A program made the translations under genes and the position numbers. The notes under the pieces were generated by a model. The model was given only the letters and a program-made list of their open reading frames with translations, was not told the DNA's origin and did no database searches. From Nitrospirales bacterium (GTDB taxonomy: Bacteria; Nitrospirota; Nitrospiria; Nitrospirales; UBA8639), in NCBI GenBank assembly GCA_965203295.1, contig CBDBCZ010000018.1, positions 2,688,001 to 2,752,000 on the forward strand: 64,000 nucleotides of DNA. Reading direction: 5' to 3'. Shown here one piece after another: positions 62,660 through 64,000 of the stretch. Within the stretch, counting starts at the first letter, position 1. Each line of letters opens with the position of its first letter.

Positions 62660-64000
62660 CTACACTTCAGATTCCAATAAAGTAGTAATACTCATAAAAG
62701 AGTGAACAGCATTTCTGAATAAAATCCCATCCCCACTGACTATATCTGAGAAAATAGCTGAGTATTCAGGATTTGAGAAAGCAAAAAGACTACTTCTTCT
62801 GCCAATTAAATCTGAGCTATTTCTTAGTGGATCGCTTCCAAATAGTCCAAATTCAGTTAGTTGTCCACCCTGAGCTATATACATATCCTGGGCCTGCTGT
62901 GCAGTTGGTACACATTGTGAAGGAATAGGTATTACTTGGTTTAGCTCTTGTTGTCTGCGATTGGGTACCCCAGATCCTAAAAAAATTGTTTGATTAGTGA
63001 ATTTTCAATATACAATGTCAGGCATAACACATACTTACCGGAAATGCAGTGACAGTTCCAGCTATTCACAAATCTCTCCATTCCAATAGCTGCAACATTG
63101 ACAGCAATAAAAGATACGCAAAATTTTGTTACAGAATTGTTTATATCGATTTCATTTCTCTCTTCCATATTGATGAGGAGGCGCTTGATAGGATAATTAA
63201 CCCTTGCGTTAACTTCTGGCCAAATTCTTTCCGCTGTCAGATTCTACAAACAAAATTTTAGATGATGATAGTGTTGCACCAGTATTTGCATAATCACAGT
63301 TTCATGTAGCTACTTGCCAACCTCAGTTGATGGAGACTGTACGTATGGTAGTACATCCCGAGGACCACACTGAGCTCTGAGTTTTTCTTGCACAAACAGT
63401 GTAAGATAAAATTCTCTCCCATGGTCAACACGCACCTGTGCCCACACACCATACTGGACTACAGCATGTCTAATTGAAGAGGGCAATGGTGGTTGAAATT
63501 CAGCTCTATATGTCAATTATAATATATATTATGTAGACCTTAATACTCACCTATAAACATGCTTATAGATAGCAATATTGTTTTTGACCGGAAGCGTCAG
63601 ATGAGAAACTATCTTTCCAGAAAATCCATCCCGTGCTATTACATGAGTTACTCCATACATTTTCACTTTCTCATTTTGGTCTAAATGTAACTTATGACCA
63701 AAATAGAGTGCTCTGTATGGTAGAGGATTAGTTCGGTCGACGGTATTTTGTCTACGCTCCTCATATTCCTCAGGAGCAACCCTTTTTAGCGACTCAGCAA
63801 TGCGTGCTTCAGCCACTGAGATGCCTTTCGACTCTAAATAACCTTTCATCATGGATCGTCCATATGTATGTCCAACCTATAGAAAAATAGCCCAAGGCAT
63901 TTTTTATAATTTCATGTAGCTACATGTACTTCTGCATAAATATCGGTTAGCCTCTAACCTCAGTAACTGCTTCTTCTACAACCTCATCCAAGTCATTGCC
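62660..64000 (-). CDS. Intron-containing IS3-like/integrase-core DDE transposase (IS3EU-type candidate), 5' part outside the window
   Basis: Exons >=64000-63959, 63876-63551, 63469-63322, 63243-63039 and 62976-62660 are in frame. Motifs YGRSMMKGYL, HKLHLDQNEK, RVDHGREF, AERIWPEVN and WNCH. Confidence 0.8.

Overview
Intron-rich eukaryotic DNA, not prokaryotic. The short GT-AG introns and repeat types suggest a marine invertebrate, possibly a sponge (inference only). Host genes: (i) a spliced phospholipid scramblase on the minus strand (exons 28812 down to 11689, candidate first exon 38824-38695); its 3' end is duplicated in inverted, tail-to-tail orientation at the window start, and both copies end in a His-rich tail; (ii) the COR and death-domain part of a DAPK-like ROCO gene (minus, 57825-48203) with a frameshift. 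The rest is nested mobile DNA. A 6.1-kb pogo-type transposon (942-7078, TA TSD) has a broken transposase that continues through nine symmetric phase-1 exons into a PHD finger. An apparently intact 6.7-kb CACTA/EnSpm element (48344-55091, 25-bp TIRs, TTG TSD) carries a 942-aa transposase and a divergent six-exon gene resembling C14orf93/DUF4616. Also present: two CRE-like RLE retrotransposon copies, a decayed hAT, an intron-containing IS3-like integrase gene, a split LINE fragment, Helentron-type non-autonomous elements, many MITEs, tRNA-derived pieces and a palindrome with two hammerhead-like motifs. All homology calls come from motif recognition by eye; no searches were run.
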